NCBI GenBank assembly: GCA_002269645.1
Contig: NIVC01000093.1
Span: 868,001 to 932,000, forward strand
Direction: 5' to 3'
DNA length: 64,000 bases
From: Macrostomum lignano
Taxonomy: Eukaryota
Under the pieces are notes generated by a model. It ran no database searches, had not been told where the DNA came from, and was given only the letters and a program-made list of their open reading frames with translations. Shown here piece after piece: positions 44,601 through 57,200 of this stretch. Each line of letters opens with the position of its first letter. Positions within the stretch are counted from its first letter, which is position 1. A program made the position numbers and the translations under genes.

Positions 44601-46000
44601 TGCCCTCTGTAGCTGGCGCCCCCTCTGTAGCTGGTGTGCCCTCTGTAGCTGGCGCCCCCTCTGTAGCTGGTGTGCCCTCTGTAGCTGGCGCCCCCTCTGT
44701 AGCTGGTGTGCCCTCTGTAGCTGGCGCTCCCTCTGTAGCTGGCGCCCCCTCTGAAGCTGGCGCTTCCTTTGTAGCTGACGCCCCCCTCTGTAGCTGGCGC
44801 CCCCTCTGTAGCTTGTGTGCCCTCTGTAGCTGGCGCCCCCTCCGTAGCTGGCGCCCCCTCTGTAGCTGGCGCCCCCTCTGTAGCTGGCGCCCTCTCTGTA
44901 GCTGGCGCCCCCTCCTGGCTGAGATCGCCAGACCCCGCAGCTACTTTAAAACTTATCCGGTTTGTGTCAAAACCCGGCGCAGACTCAGGCGACGGCCGAC
45001 GCTGACTCCACTGCCGCTACCCCCGCTGCATCATCCGCTGCCGACAGCGCCGCGCCAGCAACAGCCAGTTCAGCCGCCGAGGACGAGACTCGGGACTCGC
45101 GGCTGGCCAAGCTGAAACTCGAGGTGGCCAAAATGCGCCGAGCTCTGCACAAAACCGCCGCCCCAACGATCTCGCCCGAAGTCAACGCAGCCCCTGTCGC
45201 CGACAGAACCAGTTCAAACACCGCCGATGATGACGACAAGCCGTCATCGATGATTCGATTGAAGCGTCGGCGACATCCGGGCACCGAAGAGCTCGGCGTT
45301 GACAGAGCAGCGGCCGTCAGCAGGGAGGACGCCAAAGCGGCTAGGTGATGCAGTTTACATCTGCTGCTAGTGATTCTGCGAATGTACTTTACTAATTAGG
45401 TTAAAAGGCTTTACTTCAATTAGGCTGTATCACAAGTTCTTGAATCGGTGACAGCAGGACGCCAATACTGTACACAGGCACACACTACGCTCGTAATACA
45501 CACGCTCACAGAGGGTACAGCGACCCCTTTGACTTTCTAATCGTTAGGCATGTACACTCACTGAGATGCATTGTGCCTCATGAACAATATTGCCCCAAAT
45601 GAATGTGAATTCGAAGCATGAAATGACTTATCCGTGAGGATAATTTCAAGCCCTGCCGATTTCAAACAGGGAAGCGGCCACGCTGAAAATGTTCGCCAAA
45701 TTTGCTGCTCGACTGGCCAAGAATGATGGCGAGGAGGATGATGATGACAAAGGCAGAGACGATGATGTCAAGAAAGATGCCTCTTCGTCCCTGTTTAGTC
45801 ACGTGTTCCAGCCAGAGTCGGGGCCGTCAGCTAGGCGCGTGCTGGACCCGGCCGACGCTGCCACGGCGTCAGCGCCGGATCGCTACGAGCTCGAAGATCC
45901 GCGCAATCCGATGAACAAGCGTCGACGAAAAGCGGCCGCTGAGAAACTCGCGGCTCGAATTGGTCGAGGCGGCAGCGGCGGAGGCGACGACCGATTGTGA
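41612..46000 (+). CDS. CWC27: Spliceosome-associated cyclophilin CWC27 (SDCCAG10)
   Basis: Exons 41612-41803, 42447-42650, 43711-44154, 44983-45344, 45670-46000 (510 aa). MSSIYVLEPPTNGRVLLQTTVGNIDIELWSKEAPKACRNFLQLCMEGYYD, FHRVVKDFIVQGGDPTGTG, NLALLSFGDEAEE and the C-terminal DPRNPMNKRRR are diagnostic. Confidence 0.96.
41960..42300. repeat. ~21-bp minisatellite (GAGAGAGATAAGATTCATGAG) in CWC27 intron 1
   Basis: Direct reading. Confidence 0.88.
42797..43632. repeat. 39-bp minisatellite (CCGCAGGTGAGACTTAAGTAAAAGTGCCATATTTAAGCT) in CWC27 intron 2
   Basis: About 22 units. Confidence 0.96.
44186..44915. repeat. 18-bp minisatellite (CCCTCTGTAGCTGGCGCC) in CWC27 intron 3
   Basis: About 40 units. 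Confidence 0.96.
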
Positions 46001-46194
46001 ATAATAGCAGAATCGTCCTGCAAGCCATAAAAATGGCCCCTTGCATTAACATCGTTTGTTCTGCTTTCCCTATAATATTGTAAATTATAAAATACCAAAA
46101 AAAGACAAGTAAATTAACTATTGATACTCTTGCATTTATCATTGTATTGATGAGATATGTACTTTTGTCTTGGTTGTGTACTTTTAATTTTTAT

Positions 46195-46407
46195 TAGGTT
46201 GTAGGATAGTGGGTAGAGCGTCGGTGGTTCAATTCTCAACTGAACTCACTCGGAACAATTTGTGTCCTTCAGCAAGGCACTTAACTCTGCATTGCTTCAG
46301 TTCACCCAGCTGTAAAATGAGTGCCAGTATTAGCTGGGGTAATTGAGGGTGTGTGTGTGTGGCGACACCTCAGTCCTTAGACTGAACAGCCGTACGCAGC
46401 CTTCAGA
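46195..46407 (+). mobile_element. tRNA-derived SINE, family A, between CWC27 and APH-1
   Basis: GTAGGATAGTGGGTAGAGCGTCGG...GGTTCAATTC head, shared core, tail CAGTCCTTAGACTGAACAGCCGTACGCAGCCTTCAGA. Confidence 0.8.
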
Positions 46408-46587
46408 ATTCAGATGGCAGAATTCAGAAAACAGAAACACCCTATACAGACTCGCACAAGTAGTGTCAAGTAGTGTCTTTAGCTATATAAGAGAATCCAT
46501 CGCTTAAGCATCTGTGTAAATTAATTTAGAAATCTCGCTAATGTTCATGCTTGTTCAAGCGTGTCAAGCCGCCTAGAAAGTGCCGGC

Positions 46588-49500
46588 ATGACTTTAATGG
46601 AGTTTTTCGGCTGCTCTCTGGTGGCATTTTCTCCCGTATTGGTTATGTTCGCTTTTACTGTGGCCAGTAATCCATTGAAGATTATCATTTTAACCTGCAG
46701 GTTTGTTATTGTTAATATTTATATAGAATTTACCGCATTTAATAATCGTCTTTTTAAAACAAATTTAGTTCGTTTTTCTGGTTGCTGTCATTGCTACTTT
46801 CGGCAGTAGTATGGTACGCAATTGTGCCACTGCGCGGCTATCTGGCCTTCGGCATGGTTGTATCGGTGATTTTCCAGGAAATGATTCGTGTGGCCTTGTA
46901 CTACTTGTTGAAGTGAGTAGCATTTCAATGCTTTTTACCATAGACAACAACTATCGGGCACAGGAAAATCTGGTAAAATATTTTAGTTTAGTAGAATACA
47001 GTAATTATTGGGTGGGTTGTCGTGCGATTGTCGTGGGTTGGGGTGGGTTGTCGTGCGATTGTCGTGGGTTGGGGTGGGTTGTCGTGCGATTGTCGTGGGT
47101 TGGGGTGGGTTGTCGTGCGGTTGGGGTGGGTTGTCGTGCGGTTGGGGTGGGTTGTCGTGCGGTTGGGGTGGGTTGTCGTGCGGTTGGGGTGGGTTGTCGT
47201 GCGGTTGGGGTGGGTTGTCGTGCGGTTGGGGTGGGTTGTCGTGCGGTTGGGGTGGGTTGTCGTGCGGTTGGGGTGGGTTGTCGTGCGGTTGGGGTGGGTT
47301 GTCGTGCGGTTGGGGTGGGTTGTCGTGCGGTTGGGGTGGGTTGTCGTGCGGTTGGGGTGGATTGTCGTGCGATTGTCGTGGGTTGTCGTGCGGTTGTGGT
47401 GGGTTGTCGTGGGTTGTGGTGGGTTGTCGTGCGATTGTCGTGGATTGTCGTGCGGTTGTCGTGCGGTTGGAGTGGGTTGTCGTGCGGTTGGAGTGGGTTG
47501 TCGTGCGGTTGGAGTGGGTTGTCGTGCGGTTGGAGTGGGTTGTCGTGCGGTTGGAGTGGGTTGTCGTGCGGTTGGGGTGGGTTGTCGTGCGATTGTCGTG
47601 GGTTGTGGTGGGTTGTCGTGCGATTGTCGTGGGTTGTGGTGGGTTGTCGTGCGGTTGGGGTGGGTTGTCGTGCGGTTGTCGTGCGGTTGGAGTGGGTTGT
47701 CGTGCGGTTGGGGTGGGTTGTCGTGCGGTTGGGGTGGGTTGTCGTGCGATTGGGGTGGGTTGTCGTGCGGTTGGGGTGGGTTGTCGTGCGATTCTCAGCC
47801 GTGAATGTCCTTATGTCTCAACTGTAATTGTAGAAAAGCGCAATTAGGGCTGCAAAAAATTGCCGCAGCCGAAGAAGGGGAACCGACCCGGACTTTGGCT
47901 GATTCCAACGAAGCTACCGGCGATTCTGGCGTTGTCTCGGTGACGGCTGCCTCCGCCGCTGTTGTTGTTAGTCCGGGTGCCGCAGCGCAGCCTAGCGTTG
48001 TCTCGCCGTCTGGTTCGTCTCGCCGGGTCGATCGGGTCAACCTCACACCGGAGACGCGTCTGAACAGCTCTGGCTCTCGGATTCTAGACTTGAACAGCCT
48101 GTCTTATGGTGAGGGGAATGTTGCGCTCTCGGTAGTGAATGTCACCCTCAGTGTATCTGTTACTGCCACTCTTTAGTCGTACTGTCATCTATAACCTTTC
48201 ACCCATCGCGATGACACTTACTCTTACTTGTTGCCATTTTCACTCTCATCCATCGCCATCGTCACTCTTATCCATCGCCATTGTCACTCTTATCCATCGC
48301 CATTGTCACTCTCATCTTCTATCGCTATCGTCACTCTCATCCATCACCATTGTCACTCTCATCCATCGACATTGTCACTCTCATTCATCGCCATTGTCAC
48401 TCTCATCCATCAACATTGTCACTCTCATCCATCGCCATTTTCACTCTCATCCATTGAAATTGTCACTTAAATCCATCGCCATTGTCACTCTCATCCATCA
48501 ACATTGTCACTCTCATCCATCGCCATTTTCACTCTCATCCATTGAAATTGTCACTCTCATCCATCGCCATGGTCGCTCTCATCCATCAGCATTGTCACTC
48601 TCATCCATCAACATTGTCACTCTCATCCATCGCCATTTTCACTCTCATCCATTCAAATTGTCACTCTCATCCATCGCCATTGTCACTCTCATCCATCGCC
48701 ATTGTCACTCTCATCCATCGCCATTTCCACTCTCATCCATTGACATTGTCACTCTCATCCATCGACATTGTCACTCTCATCCATCGCCATCGTCACTCTC
48801 ATCCATCGCCATCGTCACTCTCATCCATCGCCATTGTCACTCTCATTCATCGCCATTGTCACTCTCATTCATCGCCATTGTCACTCCCCCTGGCAGTGTG
48901 CGGCCTCGGCTTCGGCTTCATGTCCGGGGCATTCGCCATGGTGAACCTGCTGGCTGACGTGTCCGGCCCCGGCTCCGTTGGTTTGGCCGGTGAGCACGAA
49001 GCTTTCCTGCTGGTGTCCGCCTGTCTGGCCCTGCTGTTCTCCTGTCTGAACATCTGCTGGACTGTTGTGACATTCGCCTGTCTGGAGAGCCGTAGACTGC
49101 ACCTGCTCGCAGCTGTGTGGCCCAGTCACCTGCTCTGCTCCCTGCTGGTGAGTCTATGAGGAGTTTTGTCCGGCTTTGCTAAATCCCAGTCTATATTTGT
49201 AGTCAGATAAGTCAGGCCCCACAAATACACGATCCACATTGAGTCAGATAAGTCAGGCCCCACAAATACACGATCCACATTGAGTCAGATGTGTCAGGCC
49301 CCACAAATACACGATCCACATTGAGTCAGATAAGTCAGGCCCCACAAATACACGATCCACATTGAGTCAGATGAGTCAGGCCCCACAAATACACGATCCA
49401 CATTGAGTCAGATAAGTCAGGCCCCACAAAGACACAATCAGCATTGAGTCAGATGTGTCAGGCCCCACAAAGACACAATCAGCATTGAATCAGATGTGTC

Positions 49501-50442
49501 AGGCCCCACAAAGACACAATCAGCATTGAATCAGATGTGTCAGGCCCCACAAAGACACAATCAGCATTGAGTCAGATGAGTCAGGCCCCTTAAAGACACG
49601 ATCCACATTCAGTCAGATGAGTCAGGCCCCTTAAAGACACGATCCACATTGAGTCAGATGAGTCAGGCCCCTTAAAGACACGATCCACATTCAGTCAGAT
49701 GAGTCAGGCCCCTTAAAGACACGATCCACATTGAATCAGATAAGTCAGGCCCCTTAAAGACACGATCCACATTGAGTCAGATGAGTCAGGCCCCTTAAAG
49801 ACACGATCCACATTGAGTCAGATGAGTCAGGCCCCTTAAAGACACGATCAACATTGAGTCAGATGAGTCAGGCCCCTTTAAGTCACGGTCCACATTAAGT
49901 CAGATGAGTCAGGCCCCTTAAAGACACGATCAACATTGAGTCAGATGAGTCAGGCCCCTTTAAGTCACGGTCCACATTAAGTCAGATGAGTCAGGCCCCT
50001 TTAAGTCACGGTCCACATTAAGTCAGATGAGTCAAACCCTATAAAGACACGGTCCACATTAAGTCAGATGAGTCAAACCCTATAAAGACACGGTCCACAT
50101 TCAGTCAGATGAGTCAAACCCTATAAAGACACGGTCCACATTCAGTCAAATGAGTCAAACCCTATAAAGACACGGTCCACATTCAGTCAGTGCTATCATT
50201 CTTAGCTTCAAGAACCAACTAATAGCAATTTGCTACCCTCTACTACACCGCAGACTCTACTCAACAGTCCTTCAAATCCTGCGATGTCCCTGGCACCAAC
50301 CCTGACTTCGCTCGTCTGTCTAATTGGCTGTCTGCTGCTCTCATTAGCGCTCACAGGCATCAGCATTCCCAGGTTCCTGGTGTCGCTCGTGTCGCCTAAA
50401 TGGTTGTGCAAAGCTATCAGTATTGGGCGAGCGGGTTTTTGA
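46588..50442 (+). CDS. APH1: Gamma-secretase subunit APH-1
   Basis: Exons 46588-46700, 46769-46912, 47834-48108, 48897-49147, 50206-50442 (339 aa). MTLMEFFGCSLVAFSP, SFFWLLSLLLS, VSVIFQEMIR, GxxxG helix VCGLGFGFMSGAFAMVNLLADVSGPGSVG and SHLL. The last exon's acceptor is less certain. Confidence 0.92.
47009..47795. repeat. 21-bp G-rich minisatellite (GGTTGGGGTGGGTTGTCGTGC) in APH-1 intron 2
   Basis: About 35 units. Confidence 0.95.
48225..48885. repeat. 22-bp minisatellite (CATCGCCATTGTCACTCTCATC) in APH-1 intron 3
   Basis: About 30 units running up to the acceptor. Confidence 0.94.
49200..50190. repeat. 41-bp minisatellite (GAGTCAGATGAGTCAGGCCCCTTAAAGACACGATCCACATT) in APH-1 intron 4
   Basis: About 24 units with a positional gradient of variants. 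Confidence 0.95.
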
Positions 50443-50571
50443 CAGTTTTTCACCCAATAGCGTCAGTTGATTATTCAAAGACTCGCGTCATTTTTTGTGA
50501 TTCTGTTTTTTGTCATCGGGCTATTGTGCCAGTTTTTATTGATGGTGTGTCGGAAGTACGTATCCTAGACT

Positions 50572-50775
50572 AGCTCATGTGTGTTCATGTGAGCTCATGT
50601 GAGCTCATGTGTGCTCATGTGTGCTCATGTGAGCTCATGTGTGCTCATGTGTGCTCATGTGTGCTCATGTGAGCTCATGTGAGCTCATGTGAGCTCATGT
50701 GTGCTCATGTGTGCTCATGTGTGCTCATGTGAGCTCATGTGTGCTCATGTGTGCTCATGTGAGCTCATGTGAGCT
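50572..50775. repeat. 10-bp repeat (GCTCATGTGW) between the convergent APH-1 and IFT172 3' ends
   Basis: About 20 units. Confidence 0.93.
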
Positions 50776-51205
50776 CAAGAGTCAGCGGAATGGCCCAGCA
50801 ATAACTCTGCTCTTTGATGCAGTTTTGGCTATCTTTTCCTTTATACGTTATCTTCCTTTATTATACGTTAGTATCAAGTTTTAGTCAACGACTTCTTATC
50901 GGTGTGCTTTTTTCGTTCTTAAATGGTGCAAAATATAAACGATCAGAAACACATTAATAAAAATGAAGTACATTTATTCTACTTCCGTACAATATTATTT
51001 TTTATTTCTGTATATTGCTCAAAGGCTATTAAAAACGTTCAGGTGCAATATCGACTTTCGTGTTTATAATCTCTCTTTGGTTTGTTTTGGTTGTAGAAAA
51101 CAGAACAGTAATTATTAAACGAGAAAAGTAGGCGTTAATTAGGCTCAAAGTCCGAGTCGCTATTAGTAGTATATATGTTCAGCAATCCTGTATTTTCGTT
51201 CCAAA

Positions 51206-54200
51206 TCACTTGAACGAGTAAGTCGGCATTGGCAAATTTCCGCACCAGGTCGTGATGAATTTCAGAACATCCTGGCAGTCCACAGAGTGGCTCATCTTAG
51301 TGGCCGTCAGCATCTTGTTATAATCGTCTTTGTTAGCCGTCTTGTCCGCCCGTTTGAACTGCACGCCAGTCTCTAGCACCGGGTAACCGGTGATCAAGCA
51401 AGGCGGATAGGGGCTCATCTGGCCGCCAATTAGTGAGGCCTCGAATATGCCTCGATTGTCTTTCGGCAGCGTCTGTTCCATGCGTTGGTTCATTGATACT
51501 TCCAGGATCCAGGCTTTCACCTGCGGTTAAGGGTGGATCTTGTTAAAACATTATGCTTATCATTGATGCTACACCCTTGAATCCAGGCTACGCCCTTTGA
51601 ATCCAGGCTACACCCTTGAATCCAGGCTACACCCTTTTAATCCACACTACACCCTTGAATTCAAACTACACCCCTTGAATTCAAACTACACCCCTTGAAT
51701 CCAAACTACACCCCTTGATTCCAAACTATACCCCTTGAATCCAAACTACACCCCTTGAATCCACACTACACCCCTTGATTCCAAACTACACCCCTTGAAT
51801 CCAAACTACACCCCTTGAATCCACACTACACCCCTTGATTCCAAACTACACCCCTTGATTCCAAACTGCACCCCTTGAATCCAAACTGCACCCCTTGAAT
51901 CCAAACTGCACCCCTTGAATTCAAGCTACACCCATTGAATCCAAACTATATCTCTTGAATCCAAACTACACCCCTTGAATCCACACTACACCCCTTGATT
52001 CCAAACTACACCCCTTGATTCCAAACTGCACCCCTTGAATCCAAACTGCACCCCTTGAATCCAAACTGCACCCCTTGAATTCAAGCTACACCCATTGAAT
52101 CCAAACTATATCTCTTGAATCCAAACTACACCCCTTGAATCCAAACTGCACCCCTTGAATCCAAACTGCACCCCTTGAATCCAAACTATACCCCTTGAAT
52201 CCAAACTACACCCCTTGAATCCACACTACACCCCTTGATTCCAAACTACACCCCTTGATTCCAAACTGCACCCCTTGAATCCAAACTGCACCCCTTGAAT
52301 CCAAACTGCACCCCTTGAATTCAAGCTACACCCATTGAATCCAAACTATATCTCTTGAATCCAAACTACACCCCTTGAATCCAAACTGCACCCCTTGAAT
52401 CCAAACTGCACCCCTTGAATCCAAACTGCACCCCTTGAATTCAAGCTACACCCATTGAATCCAAACTACATCTCTTGAATCCAAACTACACCCCTTGAAT
52501 ACAAACTACACCCATTGAATCCAAACTGCACCCCTTGAATCCAATATACACCCCTTAAACAGCCTAAACTATTAATCCTTTAATCTATCTACGTATTCTA
52601 AAACGCCCATGCATACTCGGCGAGTACTCACCTCTTCGTACTCTGTACTGTTAGTGTGGGGCGAGGCTGGCAGAGGCACTTCGGCTGGTATGTCCGTGCC
52701 CTCGAAATCCGAATGATTTAAGGACGAATCGTCCTGATCCTCGATCGCTTCGATTAGATCCAAATAGTGATTGAGGAACACGAATGCCATGTTATCCCAG
52801 CCGATGGATTTGCACATCATGCCAGCCTCGTAGAAGGCCTTGTCGGCCGGCATGTACTCTGTGTATCGTAGCAGACTGATGGCCACTTTGGTCGCTTGAG
52901 GCTTTAAAGAGTCGTCCGACAGCATCGCTGACCTTTAATGAAGATTCGGGGTTTAAACTCGGTAGTAGCAATTTTAATTTCCATCTAGTTATTCGTGTGA
53001 TGTGTTTAGCTGGGTTCATAGCTTAATTTCGGAGTGAGGTGGCTATTATGAATGAGTGAAAAAGTAATTAAAGAGTGAGCTGTCTGTCTTAGCCCTCTTG
53101 GGTAAAGGGGCTCCTGGAGTCTGAGAAGTCAGTCGGCAAGTACTAACCGAATGGCACAGTAGTGCGCAATAGTTAGCAGCTGGTCAAACAGTTCGTGATC
53201 CTGCGAGCCCCTGTCCGAGGACTTCTCCAAATTCTGCACCAGATTGAGCAGAAAGTCGCGCAGGTCGGCCCAGATCGGATAGGCGCCAGGCTTGCACATG
53301 TCTCGCATGCTGATGACGTCCTTGAATATCTTGCGGTAGATGTTGTAGTTCTGCTGGAACGCCGGGGCGCCGTGTTTCACGTACAGCGTCAATGCCGCCT
53401 CCGTATTGCCCTCCTTGATGAGATTGGTAGCGTACATGGCCACATATTTGTGCAGCAGCTTGTAGTCCTGCTTCTCGGCCATGGCGAGGCACTTTTCCCA
53501 TTGGCCTTTGGCGGCGAGCATGTCAACAGCGGAGCCAACGTCGCCTGTGGCTGCCAGCTCCTGGGTTCGTGCGAAGTGTTGTTGGCGTTATCGTTAAAAA
53601 ACAAAATTTAGACACCCTGGCGCAGCGCCTTCGGTGACACCGTCCTCACAATCCAGCGCTGAGGCAATTCTGCACATATGCACAATTCTGCACAACTCAT
53701 ACACACTAGGTGTACAGCGGCCCTGATTTTCTGACTGTCAGACACGAACACTATAGTGAAATTTAGCCAGTAATTAATGAATTTTTAAGGACAACAACTT
53801 GCAGCCAATGAGAAATTCAATAGTTCTGTGTTTGAGTGCTGAAGTGTCTTGCTCAACTCTTTAGCCTCTATAGCCAACAAGAGCTCGTGTCACCCTGCGG
53901 TCTAAGCATGCTGATCCACTAGACTTGGTGCCGATCCTCCTGTACGGCATATTGAGGCTGTGCCGTTGACCAGTGAGAGCGAGCCCTGGACGCACTCTAC
54001 CGATCAATGAGCGCGCTACGTGCTGGGCGTGCACTACCCGGAGCGCCTGCCGACCAACGCTCTGATGGCCCGCGCTGGAACTCCGCCATCGCTCCACTAC
54101 CCTGCGCCGGCGTCAGATGCTGCTGGGCCACTGCCTACGGACCCTGGGCTACGGTGCGCCCGTCCATCTGGCCCCTGGCCATGCTGCACCGGTCAACCGA

Positions 54201-57200
54201 GCCAGGGCCGCACTGCCACTCTAACGGATAGCCTCATTGCTGACTTGCAGGCGCTTGAGCTGACCCTTCAGGCTGCTGCTGCCTGCCCCTCCCGCCTGTT
54301 CTGCAAGCGATTGCGCACAAGGGGCCTCCCCTCTGCGTTCTAATAAATATTCAGTAGACAGTGGTACCAAAAGAGCACTAAATTTTGGTGCCCCTTAGAG
54401 TTGCACCCCCCTCCAATTAAAATTTCTGCATTCGTCACTGCAGTACAACCAACCAACCATCGTTCAAAGATCGTGAGTTTTACGACCATTCAAAACCAGA
54501 CGTCAAGCTTAAAACATTTCAAAAGCCAAGCACACAGATTCCTGCACAGGCACACATACATGTAGAGGAATCGAACCCAGGGCCTAGGGATTTAATCGGA
54601 ATCTCTCTTACCTGAGCGTTGCCAGCCGACGTTAAGCTTTCCTTGTACTTTGTCTCAATGTAGCTGTTTAGTCTTGGCTCCAGTTGCTTAGCAACCCGTC
54701 GCGCGTTAGACCAATCCTCGGCGCTGATGTAGGCGTCCACGCACTCTTGGACCATCTCTACGCGCAGGTAGACCTCGGCTGCGTCCGCGTGACGCCCGAT
54801 CGATTTCAGCCGGTTGGCAACAATGTCTACCACTTTTTCGTGCTTGTCGGCGCTGAGGAATTTCACGGCGAGGTCGGCGGCTTTGCGCCAGGCGCCTGCC
54901 AGCATCGACTCGTCGTTGGTGACGTCGGTTGTGAGCTTCAGGTACATCTCCACCGCTTTCAGGTGGTTACCAGAGGTCTCGTATTGTTTGGCCTCTCTAA
55001 TCAGATTCTGGATGCCGTCCGCTTTCTGGGTGGTGGCCTCGTACTCGAGCTCCTCCTGTGGTGCGGGCGGCGACAGTCGATAAAAAAGATTAAACGTATT
55101 GTCAGACAGAAATGCAAGAAACTGAAAACTCTAGGAATAGACAGACACTGACACAGCTTGGTAGGGATTGACAGACACTGACACAGCTTGATAGGGATTG
55201 ACAGACACTGATGCAGCTTGGTAGGGATTAACAGGCACTGATACAGCTTGGGAGGAACTGACAGACACTGACACAGCTTGGTAGGGATTGACAGACACTG
55301 ACACAGCTTGGTAGGGATTGACAGACACTGACACAGCTTGATAGGGATTGACAGACACTGATGCAGCTTGGTAGGGATTAACAGGCACTGATACAGCTTG
55401 GGAGGAACTGACAGACACTGACACAGCTTGGTAGGGATTGACAGACACTGACACAGCTTGGTAGGGATTGACAGACACTGACACAGCTTGGTAGGGATTG
55501 ACAGACACTGACACAGCTTGGTAGGGATTGACAGACACTGACACAGCTTGGTAGGAACTGACAGACACTGACACAGCTTGGTAGGGATTGACAGACACTG
55601 ACACAGCTTGATAGGGATTGACAGACACTGATGCAGCTTGGTAGGGATTAACAGGCACTGATACAGCTTGGGAGGAACTGACAGACACTGACACAGCTTG
55701 GTAGGGATTGACAGACACTGACACAGCTTGGTAGGGATTGACAGACACTGACACAGCTTGGTAGGGATTGACAGACACTGACACAGCTTGGTAGGGATTG
55801 ACAGACACTGACACAGCTTGGTAGGAACTGACAGACACTGACACAGCTTGGTAGGGATTGACAGACACTGACACAGCTTGATAGGGATTGACAGACACTG
55901 ATGCAGCTTGGTAGGGATTAACAGGCACTGATACAGCTTGGGAGGAACTGACAGACACTGACACAGCTTGGTAGGGATTGACAGACACTGATACAGCTTG
56001 ATAGGGATTGACAGACACTGACACAGCTTGGTAGGGATTGACAGACACTGACACAGCTTGGTAGGAACTGACAGACACTGACACAGCTTGGTAGGGATTG
56101 ACAGACACTGACACAGCTTGATAGGGATTGACAGACACTGATGCAGCTTGGTAGGGATTAACAGGCACTGATACAGCTTGGGAGGAACTGACAGACACTG
56201 ACACAGCTTGGTAGGGATTGACAGACACTGACACAGCTTGGTAGGGATTGACAGACACTGACATAGCTTGGTAGGGATTGACAGACACTGACACAGCTTG
56301 GTAGGGATTGACAGACACTGATGCAGCTTGGTAGGGATTAACAGGCACTGATGCAGCTTGGTAGAGATTGACAGGCACTGATGCAGCTTGGTAGAGATTG
56401 ATAGACACTGATGCAGCTTGGTAGGGATTGACAAACACTGATGCAGCTTGGTAGGGATTAACAGGCACTGATGCAGCTTGGTAGAGATTGACAGGCACTG
56501 ATGCAGCTTGGTAGAGATTGATAGACACTGATGCAGCTTGGTAGGGATTGACAAACACTGATGCAGCTTGGTAGGGATTGACAGACTGATGCAGCTTGGT
56601 AGAGATTGACAGGCACTGATGCAGCTTGGTAGAGATTGATAGACACTGATGCAGCTTGGTAGGGATTGACAAACACTGATGCAGCTTGGTAGGGATTGAC
56701 AGACTGATGCAGCTTGGTAGAGATTGATAGACACTGATGCAGCTTGGTAGGGATTGACAAACACTGATGCAGCTTGGTAGGGATTGACAGACTGATGCAG
56801 CTTGGTAGGAATTGACAGACACTGATGTAGCTTGGTAGAGATTGATAGACACTGACACATCTTGGTAAGAATAGACAGACACTGATACAGCTTGGTAGGA
56901 ACTGACAGACACTGACACAGCTTGGTAGAGATTGACAGACACTGATGCAGCTTGGTAGGGATTGACAGACACTGATGCAGCTTGGTAGGGATTAACAGGC
57001 ACTGATGCAGCTTGGTAAGAATAGACAGACACTGATACAGCTTGGTAGGAACTGACAGACACTGACACAGCTTGGTAGAGATTGACAGACACTGATGCAG
57101 CTTGGTAGGGATTAACAGGCACTGATGCAGCTTGGTAGAGATTGACAGGCACTGATGCAGCTTGGTAGAGATTGATAGACACTGATGCAGCTTGGTAGGG

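Noticed and set aside
54359-54440. Possible small CAGTG...CACTG MITE
   Set aside because: Only 5-bp terminal similarity and no clear target-site duplication.
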